Shown: positions 38,962-48,171 of the stretch, piece after piece | Numbering within the stretch: position 1 is the first letter of the stretch | Layout of the letters: each line of letters opens with the position of its first letter | Program-made: the position numbers and the translations under genes | Source of the DNA: Oligoflexia bacterium | GTDB lineage: Bacteria > Bdellovibrionota > UBA1018 | DNA length: 64,000 nt | Assembly: GCA_023701205.1 (NCBI GenBank) | Contig: JAMPXJ010000006.1 | Location: 86,404-150,403, forward strand | Reading direction: 5' to 3' | The notes under the pieces: generated by a model | What the model saw: only the letters and a program-made list of their open reading frames with translations | Database searches by the model: none | What the model was told of the DNA's origin: nothing

Positions 38962-39983
38962 GGGTTCTCCTTGAGGAAAGTTTCGAGCGCCTTGAGGGTG
39001 GCGGAGTCCGACATGCCTGCGGTGTGGCAGGGCTTGCCGGCCTGCTTGGCGATGCGCTTGGCGAGCCCCGCGAGCACGGCACCCGGGCCGAACTCGACCG
39101 CGTGCCCAAAGCCCGCGTCGAGCAGGCCCGTCACGGATTGGCTCCAGAGCACCGGGTGATCCACCTGTTCGACGAGGAGCTCGAAGACCAGCCCGGCTTC
39201 CTGCGTGAGCCGTCCGGTGCGGTTGGGGACATAGGGACAGAAAGGGGACCTGGGCTTTTCTGCCGCGGAGGACTGGGCGAAGAGCTCTCCCATCCGGTCT
39301 CGCGCTTTGCGCATGAGCCTGCAGTGGAACGGGGCGCTCACCGAGAGCGGAATGGCCTTGGCGCCGGCGAAATCCCCGCCGCCCTTGATCAGGGCGATCG
39401 CCTCGCCGACCGCGTCCGTCGAGCCCGCGATCACGATCTGCCCGGGGGCGTTGAAGTTGGCCGGTTCCACGATCGCCTCGACCGTGACGTCGGAGTATTC
39501 GCCCTGCGCGCGCCGGGTCTTGGCTTGGCTCGTCGCGGCCGCGCAGAGCTTTCCGACGACCGCGTCTTCCATGCCGAGGATCGCCGCCATCGTGCCCTGG
39601 CCCGCGGGCACCGCCGCCTGCATCGCGCGGCCACGTTCGCGGACCCAGCGTACGGCGGTGGCGAGGGGAAGCGACTCCGCCGCGACTAACGCCGAATATT
39701 CGCCAAGCGAGTGCCCCGCCACGGCCGAAGGACGCGCGCCAAGCTCGGTGGTCGCCACGCGGAACGCCGCGATCGAGGCCGTGAGCAGGCAGGGCTGCGT
39801 GTTTTCAGTCAAGGTCAGATCGCTCTCGGGACCCTCGAAGCAGAGTTTGCGAAGGTTCACGCTGATGGCATCGGAGGCTTCCTCGAAAACCTCCTGCGCC
39901 ACGCGGAACTGCGAGACCAGATCTTTGGCCATGCCCACCTGCTGGGAGCCCTGGCCGGGAAAAAACGCGACGAACTTATTCAT
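38958..39983 (-). CDS. fabD: Malonyl CoA-ACP transacylase
   Basis: FPGQGSQ, GHSLGEY, VSAPFH. Confidence 0.97.
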   Translation of the reverse strand: MNKFVAFFPGQGSQQVGMAKDLVSQFRVAQEVFEEASDAISVNLRKLCFEGPESDLTLTENTQPCLLTASIAAFRVATTELGARPSAVAGHSLGEYSALVAAESLPLATAVRWVRERGRAMQAAVPAGQGTMAAILGMEDAVVGKLCAAATSQAKTRRAQGEYSDVTVEAIVEPANFNAPGQIVIAGSTDAVGEAIALIKGGGDFAGAKAIPLSVSAPFHCRLMRKARDRMGELFAQSSAAEKPRSPFCPYVPNRTGRLTQEAGLVFELLVEQVDHPVLWSQSVTGLLDAGFGHAVEFGPGAVLAGLAKRIAKQAGKPCHTAGMSDSATLKALETFLKENP

Positions 39984-40002
39984 GGCTATCTGCCTTTCGT
40001 GG

Positions 40003-41010
40003 TTACCAGCGGATCAGCATCGAGCCGAAGGTCAGGCCCGCGCCGAAGACATCGAAGAGCACGGTGTGTCCCGGCCTGATCCTTCCGTCGCGCACGGCCT
40101 CGTCCAGCATGGTCGGAACCGAGGCCGAGGAGGTGTTGCCGTAACGGTCGACGTTGACGAGGACCTTTTCCATGGGAAGATCCAGGCGCTTCGCGACCGC
40201 CTCGATGATCCGCAGATTCGCCTGGTGCGGAATCACCCAGTCGACATCCGAGAGCTTCATCTGGTTGGCTTCGAGCGCGCGCACGGCGTAATCGGCCAGG
40301 GTCTTCACCGCGACCTTGAAGATCTCGCGGCCTTTCATGTTCATCTTATGGAGGCGCTGGGCATAGACTTCCGGGGTAACCTCCATGTTAGAGCCGCCGG
40401 CCACGACCTGGAAGAGCTCCCACAGATTTCCGTCCATCCCGAGATGGCTCGAAAGGATCCGGTGCGGTGACTCGCTCGAGGTGCGCTCGACGACGACCGC
40501 GCCCGCGCCGTCGCCGAAGAGGATCGCCGAAGAGCGGTCCTCCCAGTTGTTCATCCGGCTCAGCACTTCGGAGCCCACGACGAGCGCCGTCTTCACCTGG
40601 CCGGTCTTGATGTACTGATCCGCCATCGACATCCCGTAAACCCAGCTCGAGCAGGCGGCGTTCACATCCACGCCCCAGGCCTGCGGGGCGCCAAGCTTCT
40701 GCTGGAGCCAGCAGGAAGAGGTCGGTACGGGCGTGTCCGGCGAGACCGATCCGTAAACGATCATGTCGATGTCCGTGGATTTCTTGCCGGCCATCTCCAG
40801 GGCGCGGATCGCCGCGCGACAGGCGAGCGAGGAGTTCTGCTCCGAGGGGTCGCCCTCGCGCGAGACGTGCCGCTGGCGGATCCCGGTGCGCTCGACGATC
40901 CAGTCATTGGTGGTGTCGAGGGTCTTGGTGAGATCCTCGTTGGTGACGATCCGTTCGGGGAAGTAGGAGCCTGTCCCCGTGATTTTTGATGAAAAGAGCG
41001 AGGTACTCAT
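40003..41010 (-). CDS. fabH: 3-oxoacyl-ACP synthase III
   Basis: WIVERTGI, AACSS, PHQANLRII, GNTSSAS. Confidence 0.97.
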   Translation of the reverse strand: MSTSLFSSKITGTGSYFPERIVTNEDLTKTLDTTNDWIVERTGIRQRHVSREGDPSEQNSSLACRAAIRALEMAGKKSTDIDMIVYGSVSPDTPVPTSSCWLQQKLGAPQAWGVDVNAACSSWVYGMSMADQYIKTGQVKTALVVGSEVLSRMNNWEDRSSAILFGDGAGAVVVERTSSESPHRILSSHLGMDGNLWELFQVVAGGSNMEVTPEVYAQRLHKMNMKGREIFKVAVKTLADYAVRALEANQMKLSDVDWVIPHQANLRIIEAVAKRLDLPMEKVLVNVDRYGNTSSASVPTMLDEAVRDGRIRPGHTVLFDVFGAGLTFGSMLIRW

Positions 41011-41315
41011 CTGAGTGCTTTGCCTCCGTGATTCGAGTGCGTTTTCAGGAAAATCGGGAAACGGCTCACGAGATGCGCCCCGGGCGGGAGCTGTGCGCGC
41101 GCGAGCCTGGCGCGACCGGCGGGAGCCAGCCGTAATGAAGGCGAAGAGTCAGAAGCTTCAGGCGAAAAGCCGAAGCGGATCCGGCGGCGCGGGCGCGAAG
41201 GGTCTTGCCCTTGGTCGGGAAGGGTGAACCAGCTTGCTTGAAAGAGAGAAGGCCTTTCATACCCTTGCGGCGGTAAGGGGGGGGCCCCCCCTTCCGCTGA
41301 CTCAGAGAGTGGCTT

Positions 41316-41513
41316 TTACGCCTGAATCTCCGCTTTTTTCGAGGGCAGAACGGCCTTGCCGTCATAGTGGCCGCAAGCACAGACGCGATGAGGGCGGGTC
41401 ATTTCGCTGCAGGCCGGGCAGGTCACGACCGTCGGCTTGGCGAGGGCGTTGCCGGCGGCGAAACGGCGCATGTTGCGGCGGCTGCGGGAGATTTTCTTCT
41501 TTGGAGTTGCCAT
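41316..41513 (-). CDS. rpmF: 50S ribosomal protein L32
   Basis: MATPKKKISRSRRNMRR, CPAC...PHRVC. Confidence 0.96.
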   Translation of the reverse strand: MATPKKKISRSRRNMRRFAAGNALAKPTVVTCPACSEMTRPHRVCACGHYDGKAVLPSKKAEIQA

Positions 41514-41556
41514 GGTTTCCTCTCTTTTTGAGTTTCAGTTTCGTTGAGCCGGGCCT

Positions 41557-42177
41557 TCAAGAACCGACTTTAAAATCCCGCAGCGCCGAAAACGGCGAGC
41601 TGGAAATGATTTTCGAGCAGGCACAGCGGCCCGCGTTCAGGTCCGCGCCGCAGTTGGCGCAGATGCCGTTGCAGGCTTCCCGGCACAGCGGCTGGAAGGG
41701 AAGCTGGAGGCGCAACTGTTCCGTCAGAATGTCCCCGAGGTCAATATAATCGTGTGAAAGATAGGTGATATCCAGGTCCGCGCCGCCGCTGTCATTGGAA
41801 GAGTCGTGCGCGTGGCGCGCAAAGCCCTTGTTCTGGCCCGCCGGACGGCCCGCGCCCTCGAGATGGCCGACTCCGGCCATCACCGGATCCTGGCAGAAGA
41901 GTCCCGAGAAGCTGATATCGCAGTCCAGATTGAACGGGTTCGCGCAGCGGCTGCAGAGCAGGCGCAGATGCGTGGCCACGGTGCCCGAGACCACGATGAC
42001 CTCATCGACCTTACGCAAGTTGAAATGCACGCGGACCGGACGGCGCGCGGTCGCGCGCGTGGGATTGAGCGGACGCTCCTCGTCCACGCATTCCACGGCA
42101 TCGATCACCCAGGTGTCCTCCTGGGTGAAGTCGAGTTCGGTATCCTGATCTGTGATCTCGTGTAAATAAATTCTCAT
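41557..42177 (-). CDS. yceD: YceD/DUF177 family protein
   Basis: CSRC, PFQPLCREACNGICANCGADLN; upstream of rpmF. Confidence 0.9.
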   Translation of the reverse strand: MRIYLHEITDQDTELDFTQEDTWVIDAVECVDEERPLNPTRATARRPVRVHFNLRKVDEVIVVSGTVATHLRLLCSRCANPFNLDCDISFSGLFCQDPVMAGVGHLEGAGRPAGQNKGFARHAHDSSNDSGGADLDITYLSHDYIDLGDILTEQLRLQLPFQPLCREACNGICANCGADLNAGRCACSKIISSSPFSALRDFKVGS

Positions 42178-42249
42178 AGCGAACAACGAATACTCAGGGC
42201 AGCCGAACTCGTCCGGAAACGGTCCTTTCGCCGGGTAATCGAGGGTCGG

Positions 42250-42278
42250 ACATTAGCCGGGGTTAAGCATCGAGTCAA
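42250..42278 (-). promoter_or_regulatory. Candidate sigma70 promoter of the yceD-rpmF-fab operon
   Basis: Minus strand TTGACT-N17-TAATGT. Confidence 0.55.
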
Positions 42279-42281
42279 CCG

Positions 42282-43340
42282 CTAAAGCTCAGGTATTGGC
42301 CGGTAACTCTCCGGATTCCGGGATTTTCGCCAGAGGACCTTCCTGCCAAGAAGGACAGCCGGATCCAATCCCAAGGCGGCGAGCGGGAATCGGGTCACGC
42401 AGTCCAGGCTGCTTTTCAGGACTTTTTCCGGTTCCTGTCCGGTAGCGCGTGCCTCGAATGTCACCCAGCGTCCGAAAGATTCGCTGAGAAGCATTCCTCC
42501 GCCGGCGAGCGCCCCGCTTTCGAGTCGCGAGGCACCGTCGGCCAGCTGGATCGTGAGTGGCCCGAAGCCATGTTTGCTTTGCGTATCCGTGGCGGCGGCC
42601 GGCGTCGCGTCGGAGACGAAACAGATCGGGCAACCCGCATGGAGTCGGCGGGTCCAACGGATCAACGTGGGGCTCAGGTGAATCTGATCCGGGATCAGCT
42701 CAATATAGACGTCGGGGCGGCCAAGCGCGGCTCCCAAGGGGCCCGGCGCGCGGTGATGGAAGCCCAGCGCATTCCAGGCATGCGTGACCCCCCTGAAGCC
42801 CTGGTCAAAAGCGGCCCGCGCCTCGGCCTCAGAGGCCCTGGAATGGCCAAGCGAAAGCACGATTCCCTTCTTCCTGCAGAAGCGGCTTGCGTCCCTCAGG
42901 ACGGCGGGTTCGAGAGTTTCCGGGGCCATCGTCAGGATTTTCAAGGTCCCCTGGCTCGCTTCCCAGAGCGAACGGAGCTCTTCGGGAGTCAAAGGGCGGA
43001 TCCCCTCGGGAGGATGGGCACCGATGGCTTCCGGGTGCAGGAAAGGGCCTTCCAGATGGATTCCCAACGGGAGGGCGCCCCGAGTGCCTTCGGCCGGACG
43101 GCGAATCCATTCGCCGAGCCGCGAAACCACCTCGTGCAGCTCCTTGCTGGGCGCCGAGAGGGTGGTCGGACAAAAGGCTGCAATGCCTTTTTGCCAAAGC
43201 AGTTCGGCCAAGCGATCCAGCTCCGGAGGAGCGGCTTGCATCAGATCGATGCCGAATGCCCCGTGAAAATGGAGGTCTACCAGTCCGAAGGAGCGGATAG
43301 GACGAGGAAATTTCTTGACGGGGCTATTGTGGCGTGGCAC
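42282..43340 (-). CDS. nagA: N-acetylglucosamine-6-phosphate deacetylase-like amidohydrolase
   Basis: DLHFHG, GIHLEGPFL, TMAPE, LGHS, THAWNA, VSDA, LAG; start uncertain. Confidence 0.88.
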   Translation of the reverse strand: MPRHNSPVKKFPRPIRSFGLVDLHFHGAFGIDLMQAAPPELDRLAELLWQKGIAAFCPTTLSAPSKELHEVVSRLGEWIRRPAEGTRGALPLGIHLEGPFLHPEAIGAHPPEGIRPLTPEELRSLWEASQGTLKILTMAPETLEPAVLRDASRFCRKKGIVLSLGHSRASEAEARAAFDQGFRGVTHAWNALGFHHRAPGPLGAALGRPDVYIELIPDQIHLSPTLIRWTRRLHAGCPICFVSDATPAAATDTQSKHGFGPLTIQLADGASRLESGALAGGGMLLSESFGRWVTFEARATGQEPEKVLKSSLDCVTRFPLAALGLDPAVLLGRKVLWRKSRNPESYRPIPEL

Positions 43341-43387
43341 CCAACAAACGTACCACAGGATTTTCGTCGTCACATCAAGGGACCCAA

Positions 43388-44110
43388 ATGGCAAAGAAAA
43401 CTTCCTCCAAGCCGGCTCATAAGCCGGCTTCAAAAGCGGCTCATAAGCCCCTGGTCAAGCTGGCGCAGAAAGCTGTCGCGAAGCTTGCATTGAAGAGCTC
43501 GTTGAAGAAAAAGAAACCCGAAGTCAAAGCCAAGCCTGCGGTAGCCAAGCCCAGCGCCAAGGTGACTCACCCCAAAAAGGGGCTGGAGAAAGCCCCGACG
43601 GCGCCTGCCAAGCATGGCGGCGCCAAGCAAAATGGCGTTAAGGCCGAGGCGAAGATCGATGCGAAGGCGCTCAAGGTCGCGCACGCCCCCAAAGCCGCGC
43701 CGATTGCCGCGGCGAAGCCCCTCTCGGCTAAGGCCGCGCGTCAGGCGGCCAAGGCTGCCGCTGATGCCGAAGCGGTCTGCCGCGAGGTCGCCTGCGAGGG
43801 TCTGGCCACCTCCGCCGGCTATTGCCGGCTGCACTACATCAAGAACTGGAAGAAGATCAAGCGCAAGGAAGTCATCCTCAAGGAAGGCAAGCTCAACCAG
43901 TACATCGAAGAGCTGGTCGTGAAGTATCCGGACAAATACCTCGAGGCGATCCGCCAGGATCTGGCCAGCGACAAGGACTTCGCCAAGGTGATTTACGATC
44001 TGGATCTGGATGAGTCGGTGGATGAGTTCGATGTCGAGGGCGAGAATGCCGATGCGATCATCGATTCGATCAAGAGGGACTTCGACGACGAGGGCGACAC
44101 CGGCTTTTGA
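43388..44110 (+). CDS. Lys/Ala-rich protein with CCCH motif and acidic tail
   Basis: Histone-H1-like N-terminal half, C-x4-C-x9-C-x2-H, Asp/Glu-rich C-terminus. Confidence 0.8.
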   Translation: MAKKTSSKPAHKPASKAAHKPLVKLAQKAVAKLALKSSLKKKKPEVKAKPAVAKPSAKVTHPKKGLEKAPTAPAKHGGAKQNGVKAEAKIDAKALKVAHAPKAAPIAAAKPLSAKAARQAAKAAADAEAVCREVACEGLATSAGYCRLHYIKNWKKIKRKEVILKEGKLNQYIEELVVKYPDKYLEAIRQDLASDKDFAKVIYDLDLDESVDEFDVEGENADAIIDSIKRDFDDEGDTGF

Positions 44111-44178
44111 CCGGTCCCGATCCTGCACATTTCCGGTATGACTCCGCCAGCGGGCCGCGGAGCGACCGGAGGTTCGTC

Positions 44179-44577
44179 ATGATCGGATCGAGACTGGGGC
44201 GTTTCGTCTTACTCAGCCTGCTTGCGGGCACTGGCGCGTTTGCCCAGATAGGAACGCCGTCGCCTTCACCTACCGCGGGCCGGCAGGTTTATGTATTTCG
44301 TTTCGCGCCCGAGTTGAGCAGGCTTTTCGTCGAAGGAGCCACCTTCCAGGACGAAGCGGCGGATCGCACCGAGGACGGTTGCGAGCTGGTCGTTGCCGAG
44401 AACGGTCCCTTGGTCTGCATCAAGAAAGATTCTTGCACGAATGACAGGCCCGCCTGCGGGGTGATCTTCGAAGGGCCCGCCGGACTCGCGCTGCCTCAGG
44501 TGGCCGAACTCGAGCCGCTCAGCCCGGGCACCGCGCGGCTCGGCCTCAGGGCGGCTGAAGCGCTTCATTCCCGTTAA
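44179..44577 (+). CDS. Small secreted hypothetical protein
   Basis: GGAGG RBS, signal peptide, four Cys. Confidence 0.55.
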   Translation: MIGSRLGRFVLLSLLAGTGAFAQIGTPSPSPTAGRQVYVFRFAPELSRLFVEGATFQDEAADRTEDGCELVVAENGPLVCIKKDSCTNDRPACGVIFEGPAGLALPQVAELEPLSPGTARLGLRAAEALHSR

Positions 44578-44641
44578 CGGTACCTTGCTCCTACCTCGCG
44601 AGATTCCGGCCTGTGACTGCTTTTGAGGAGCTTCGAGGGCT

Positions 44642-45325
44642 TTAATGAAGCGTTCCGCGCGGCGGCTTCCTCGCCGCGGCAGGTGTCTTCGGTGCTGAGT
44701 CCTGGGCTTCCTCGTCTTTGTCCTCGTCGTCGCGCAGGTCCTTTTCGTCGAGATTTTTCGGGCCCGTGAAAAAGCGGCTCTTCGTCGCCTCCTCGGCTTC
44801 CTCCGCGCGCTTGCGGTATTGGGGATCGTTCTTCGCGAGCCAGTCCTCGGTCATCTCATCGAGCGCCGGATTCGCCTTGTCCGCCTTGATGTGGATCCTG
44901 AATTTCTCCACCTGCACCGGCGTCCATTCGAACGGCACGTTCTCGAGCGCGGAGAGCGATTCGTCTGCGAGGTGCTCGAGGCGTTTGACATCGCCGGGCA
45001 CGAGCAGCTGCTGATAGACGGTTGCGATCGCGTCGACGCACGCGGCGAGCAGCTCCTCGATCGTCGGGACGCTCGCGCGCGGATCGTAGTCGCTGCTGGC
45101 ATAGACGCTGGTGGCGGCGAGCTGGCCCTCCTGGTGAAGCGAGACGCAAAGGACGATCTCGGTGAGGTGGATGTCGCCCCGGGCTTCGAACCGCGGCTTA
45201 TTGGCGATCTTCGCGAAAGCGCGCAGCCCTTCGTCGAAATTGGTCGTGAACACCTCGGAGACCATCCGGAGATAGTCCAGCGGCAAAGGGCTCGATCGGC
45301 CCGGCGCATTTTTGCGGTTTTCCAT
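44642..45325 (-). CDS. Hypothetical protein
   Basis: 227-aa ORF translationally coupled to htrA (TGATG overlap). Confidence 0.75.
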   Translation of the reverse strand: MENRKNAPGRSSPLPLDYLRMVSEVFTTNFDEGLRAFAKIANKPRFEARGDIHLTEIVLCVSLHQEGQLAATSVYASSDYDPRASVPTIEELLAACVDAIATVYQQLLVPGDVKRLEHLADESLSALENVPFEWTPVQVEKFRIHIKADKANPALDEMTEDWLAKNDPQYRKRAEEAEEATKSRFFTGPKNLDEKDLRDDEDKDEEAQDSAPKTPAAARKPPRGTLH

Positions 45326-46437
45326 CAGAGAATTCCTTTCGGGACGGTGTCGAGGCGGGGCAGCTCCTCGAGCCTGAGTTTCACATCCAGGGTTCGGCGC
45401 CCGCGGCGTACCTTCGCGGTCACGTTCTCGGTCGGGCGATGTTTGGCGAGCGCTCGTTCGATATCGAAGGGCTCAATGACTTCCGTTTCTCCGATCGAGA
45501 TCAGGATATCGCCCTGGCGCAAGCCCGCGCGATCCGCCGGACCATCGTTCACGAGATTGTAGACTAGGACACCCTGGGTCACCGGCAGGTCATAATATTG
45601 AGCCATCGGCGGGGTGATCCGCTCGCCCAGGATTCCAAGCCAGGGGCGGGGGACGCGGCCGTAGCGCTTCAGGTCGGGCAGCAGTCGCTTGGCCTCGTTG
45701 ATCGGGATGGCGAAGCCCAGGCCTCCGCTCTGGCCGGTGCGCGAGTAGATGACGGTGTTGATTCCGACGACCTCGCCAGAAAGGTTGAAGAGCGGTCCGC
45801 CGGAATTGCCCGGATTGATGGACGCGTCCGTCTGCAGGAAGTTGTCGAAGGGTCCTTGCCCGATCGTGCGGTTTTTCGCGCTGATGATTCCAGTGGTGAC
45901 GGTGTGCTGGAGCCCGAAGGGGTTGCCCACGGCAAAAACCGTTTCCGCGATGCGGACGGCGTCGGAGTTCCCGAGCGGCACGGGCACGAGGCCTTCCGGA
46001 ACCTTGCGTTCCTTGTCGCGCAGCTGCAGGAGCGCCAGATCCGTTTTCTGGTCCTTTCCGATGATCTTGGCGCGGAGGACCCGCTTATCGAGCAAAGTGA
46101 CGCTCACCTCGCTCGCATGCTCGACGACGTGACCGTTGGTGATCACGAATCCGTCTTTGTCGATGATGAAGCCGGTGCCGAGCGAAGTCTGGGTCTGACG
46201 GCGTTCCTGCGGGAGGCCCCAGAAGTGAAGAAACTCGTCCATACCGAAGATCGGCCGCGTGAGAACCGTGACCGAGCTGATGTTGACGACCCCGGGGAGG
46301 ATCCTCTCGACGAGGTCCGGAAGATGGGGCACGGGCGGAGGCGCCGCCATCGCCGCGCCGGCCCCCAATAACAGGCAGAAGGGAAGCAGCCCGAAGGCAG
46401 GCGGAAGGAAAGCCGTGGCGAAAGACGCGGGTTTCAT
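45325..46437 (-). CDS. htrA: HtrA/DegP-family serine protease with one PDZ domain
   Basis: TNGHVV, TDLAL, QTDASINPGNSGGPL, PDZ. Confidence 0.93.
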   Translation of the reverse strand: MKPASFATAFLPPAFGLLPFCLLLGAGAAMAAPPPVPHLPDLVERILPGVVNISSVTVLTRPIFGMDEFLHFWGLPQERRQTQTSLGTGFIIDKDGFVITNGHVVEHASEVSVTLLDKRVLRAKIIGKDQKTDLALLQLRDKERKVPEGLVPVPLGNSDAVRIAETVFAVGNPFGLQHTVTTGIISAKNRTIGQGPFDNFLQTDASINPGNSGGPLFNLSGEVVGINTVIYSRTGQSGGLGFAIPINEAKRLLPDLKRYGRVPRPWLGILGERITPPMAQYYDLPVTQGVLVYNLVNDGPADRAGLRQGDILISIGETEVIEPFDIERALAKHRPTENVTAKVRRGRRTLDVKLRLEELPRLDTVPKGIL

Positions 46438-46597
46438 AGGCAAGCTGTTCTAATCCCTTGCTTTGCCGCTGGTCAAAGCCAAAACAGGCGTGCGAAGCCT
46501 TTGCAGTGCGTCAGAGACTGGAGGACTGAAGATTTCGGGTGGAAAGTTCGGGGCCGAAGGATTAGTTTCGGGGAATTCCAATTTTGAAAGGGAGAAG

Positions 46598-47806
46598 ATG
46601 ATGAGCCAGCAAAATGCTTCACAGACCAGTCAGAACGTTGTGATCGTCGGCATGGCCCGCACGGCTTTGGGAAGCTTCCAAGGATCGCTCGCGGGCGTTC
46701 CGGCGGCGAAGCTCGGAGCGGCGGCGATCGCCGGTGCCCTGAAGAGGGCAGGCGTGGAGCCTGAGCAGGTCACGGACGTCTTCATGGGTAACGTCCTGCA
46801 GGCGGGACAAGGGCAGGCACCGGCACGGCAGGCGGGCATTTACGCGGGCTTGCCGAAGTCATTCGCGGCGACGACCGTGCACAAGGTCTGCGGCTCCGGC
46901 ATGCAGTCGGTGATCCTAGCGAGCCAGGCGATCCGGCTCGGGGACGCCGAGGTGGTGGTCGCGGGCGGCATGGAGAACATGAGCCAGTCGCCCTACCTCG
47001 TGCAGAACGCGCGGGGCGGCTTCCGCATGGGGCATCAGCAGTTCGTCGATTCGATGATTCATGACGGCCTGTGGGACCCGTATAACAACCAGCATATGGG
47101 CAATTGCGCGGAGCTGTGCGCGAAGGAGTTCCAGTTCACCCGGCAGGCGCAGGACGAGTTCGCGATCGAGAGCTTCAGGCGCGCCCAGGAGGCTCAAAAG
47201 AGCGGCAAGTTCGCGAAGGAAATCGTTCCGGTGGAGATCGCCGGCAGGAAAGGCGAGCTCCTGCGCGTGGATACGGACGAAGGCCCGGGCAAGGTCGCCT
47301 TCGACAAGATCCCGACCCTCAAGCCGGCCTTCGACAAGGCCGGTACCGTGACGGCCGCCAACGCGTCCACCATCAATGACGGCGCCGCAGCGCTCGTGCT
47401 GATGACGGCCGAGAAGGCGAAGAGCCTCGGCCTGAAGCCCCTGGCGCGCGTGGTGTCTTATGACCGCTTCGCTCAGGACCCGGTGTGGTTTACGACCGCT
47501 CCGGCCGAGGCTATGCGCCGGGCGATGAAGAAGGCGAGCTGGGATGTCGCCGGCGTCGACCTCTTCGAGGTCAACGAAGCGTTCGCCGTGGTGGCCATGG
47601 CCGCGCAGAAGGACCTCGCGATCCCTTCCTCTAAGCTCAATGTCTGGGGCGGCGCGATCTCGTTGGGTCACCCGATCGGCGCGAGCGGGGCCCGCATCAT
47701 CGTGACGCTGCTCTCGGCGCTGGAGGATCGCGGACTCAAGCGCGGCGTGGCCGGCATTTGCATCGGCGGCGGCGAGGCGACGGCGATCTGCGTGGAGCGC
47801 ATCTGA
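46598..47806 (+). CDS. Acetyl-CoA C-acetyltransferase (thiolase)
   Basis: KVCGSG, NEAFA, GHPIGASG, CIGGG. Confidence 0.95.
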   Translation: MMSQQNASQTSQNVVIVGMARTALGSFQGSLAGVPAAKLGAAAIAGALKRAGVEPEQVTDVFMGNVLQAGQGQAPARQAGIYAGLPKSFAATTVHKVCGSGMQSVILASQAIRLGDAEVVVAGGMENMSQSPYLVQNARGGFRMGHQQFVDSMIHDGLWDPYNNQHMGNCAELCAKEFQFTRQAQDEFAIESFRRAQEAQKSGKFAKEIVPVEIAGRKGELLRVDTDEGPGKVAFDKIPTLKPAFDKAGTVTAANASTINDGAAALVLMTAEKAKSLGLKPLARVVSYDRFAQDPVWFTTAPAEAMRRAMKKASWDVAGVDLFEVNEAFAVVAMAAQKDLAIPSSKLNVWGGAISLGHPIGASGARIIVTLLSALEDRGLKRGVAGICIGGGEATAICVERI

Positions 47807-48150
47807 TGAAGAAGATCTTGATGTGCGCGGCGGTCGCGCTTGTGACCTACGCGGTTGTGGCGCAGGGCCAGGAGGGCCATCCGGGCCATCCGGGACAACC
47901 ACCGGGGCATGGCGGGGCCGAGCACTTCGAGCAGTATTGCTCAGGCTGCCATGGGAGCGACGGAATCAGCGGGGCAGAGCACATTCCCAATCTCGCCGGG
48001 CAGAAGAAGGAATACATCGCGCTTCAGCTTCGGGATTTTCGCGATAAGAAGCGCCCGGGGACGGTGATGCCGGCGATGGCGGCGAATCTTCAGGATAGCC
48101 ACATCGAGGGGATCGCGGCTTTCGTCAGCTCCCTGGGGTGCGGGCGCTAA
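47806..48150 (+). CDS. Small monoheme cytochrome c (c553/c554-like)
   Basis: Signal peptide, CSGCH, PNLAGQ..EYI..QL..F, Met ligand region. Confidence 0.9.
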   Translation: MKKILMCAAVALVTYAVVAQGQEGHPGHPGQPPGHGGAEHFEQYCSGCHGSDGISGAEHIPNLAGQKKEYIALQLRDFRDKKRPGTVMPAMAANLQDSHIEGIAAFVSSLGCGR

Positions 48151-48171
48151 GCGCTTGATGGGGCTGGAGTG

